Part shown: piece by piece, positions 62,825 to 64,000 of the stretch
Layout of the letters: each line of letters begins with the position of its first letter
Numbering within the stretch: the first letter of the stretch is position 1
Source: Phyllosticta citribraziliensis
Taxonomy: Eukaryota
Assembly: GCF_038025025.1 (NCBI RefSeq)
Contig: NW_027117346.1
Span: 930,001 to 994,000, forward strand
Direction: 5' to 3'
Length of the DNA: 64,000 bases
The notes under the pieces: model-generated
Seen by the model: the letters and a program-made list of their open reading frames with translations, nothing else
Told to the model about the DNA's origin: nothing
Databases searched by the model: none
Translations under genes and position numbers: made by a program

Positions 62825-64000
62825 ATGGCCAAGTCCAATCCCCCAGTCTCCAAGGCACCGCGCCCGCGATGGGTGCTTCACCTCCAGGCTCAAGTCTGGC
62901 GCGTTCTCATGCAGATCGGCATGATACTCCATCGCTTCGCGCCGCCCCGTCCTCCTAAACCTTCGTTCTCGCGGACCGTTCCAACAACCGTTTCTCCCAC
63001 AAAGGGCCAGTTCACTCTCCAATTCTACACTCCCGAGGATTACGACATCCAAAAGCGTCTGCGATCTAAAAAATTCCCCGTCGTCGTCAACTTCCACGGT
63101 GGCGGCTTCACACTCGGCACAGCCCATGACGATGCCCGCTGGTGCGCAACTGTCGTGCAAGAGGTCGGCGCCATTGTGGTGGGCGTCGACTACCGCCGCG
63201 CCCCTGAGCACCCGTTTCCTACGGCCGTCGAAGATGGAGTGGACGCCATTCTCTATCTGGCCGAGAATGCAGAATCACTCAACATCGACATCGAGCGCGT
63301 TGCCGTCTCTGGATTCAGCAGTGGAGGCAACATGTCGTTGACGGTGCCTCTGCGGCTGCAAGGCGAAACAATTCCCGAACCACCAAACGCCGAGACGCCC
63401 TACGGCATGCAGCGTGTTCCACCCTCGACAGACAACATACCACAAAAGACGCTATCGGCGGGGCGAACGCTAGTCAACGTGCGGCGCGAGCTCTGCATCA
63501 AGGCAATAGTGGCGTGGTATCCGTCAGTCGACTACACGCAAACACGCGAGCAGCGCCGCATGACGTGCGTGCGGACCGACCAGGAGCTCCCTGCCATCTT
63601 CACCAAGCTCTTCGACGAGTCCTACCTGCAGCCGCCGACCATGGACATGGCGAACCCGTACCTCTCGCCCGGCGTTGCGCCCACGGCCATGCTCGCCGGT
63701 CTGCCAGAAGACATCATCCTCTTTACGTGCGAGTGGGACATGCTGCTCGCCGAGGGCGAGCGCCTTCGCGACAGGCTGACCAACGAAGTCAAGAAAAAGG
63801 TCGTCTACACCTGCATCCCAGGCGTTCCTCACGGGTGGGACAAGGCGCCAAATCCCATGAAGCCGACACCTGGCGTGCAGGATTACTATCTCAAGGCGTG
63901 TGCAGAGTTGCGCAGGGTCTTCCACGAGAAAATGCCAGACACGGCCGTCGAACGCGATTTCGAGGGCTTCGAGGACAGCGACGAGGCCGAGTCGAGCAGC
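62825..64000 (+). CDS. Alpha/beta hydrolase, HSL-family esterase (runs off the window end)
   Basis: VVVNFHGGGF, VDYRRAPEHPFPTAVED, SGFSSGGN, CEWDML, GVPHGWD. Confidence 0.9.
   Translation, partial: MAKSNPPVSKAPRPRWVLHLQAQVWRVLMQIGMILHRFAPPRPPKPSFSRTVPTTVSPTKGQFTLQFYTPEDYDIQKRLRSKKFPVVVNFHGGGFTLGTAHDDARWCATVVQEVGAIVVGVDYRRAPEHPFPTAVEDGVDAILYLAENAESLNIDIERVAVSGFSSGGNMSLTVPLRLQGETIPEPPNAETPYGMQRVPPSTDNIPQKTLSAGRTLVNVRRELCIKAIVAWYPSVDYTQTREQRRMTCVRTDQELPAIFTKLFDESYLQPPTMDMANPYLSPGVAPTAMLAGLPEDIILFTCEWDMLLAEGERLRDRLTNEVKKKVVYTCIPGVPHGWDKAPNPMKPTPGVQDYYLKACAELRRVFHEKMPDTAVERDFEGFEDSDEAESSS

Overview
Gene-dense, intron-containing filamentous ascomycete (Pezizomycotina) genomic DNA, judged by the GTAAGT/GTGAGT donors, CTAAC/CTGAC branch points and 50-60 nt introns. 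About 28 protein-coding genes can be read. Most are conserved housekeeping genes: RTF2, arylsulfotransferase-like, GIS2/CNBP, F-box, SAE2/Ctp1, RNase H2A, ARMC8/Vid28, PHO80/PREG cyclin, RRP36, Rab11, Rab4/Rab2-like, CTL transporter, thioesterase, AFG2, BUD13, ATL1 and an HSL esterase. The most unusual part is an accessory-looking block at about 43.7-52.7 kb holding three genes. The first is a NACHT-ankyrin-SPRY NLR and the second a degenerate SET-domain gene. The third is an intact, intronless, pol-less ORF with no visible LTRs that appears to fuse a Ty1/copia-type Gag capsid to a Ty3/gypsy-type Gag capsid. A short MITE-like element occurs twice (about 11.4 kb and 52.6 kb), and one copy lies directly upstream of the dual-Gag gene. 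The GIS2 gene has an unusually long, potentially structured intron. All family assignments come from motif recognition by eye; no database searches were run.
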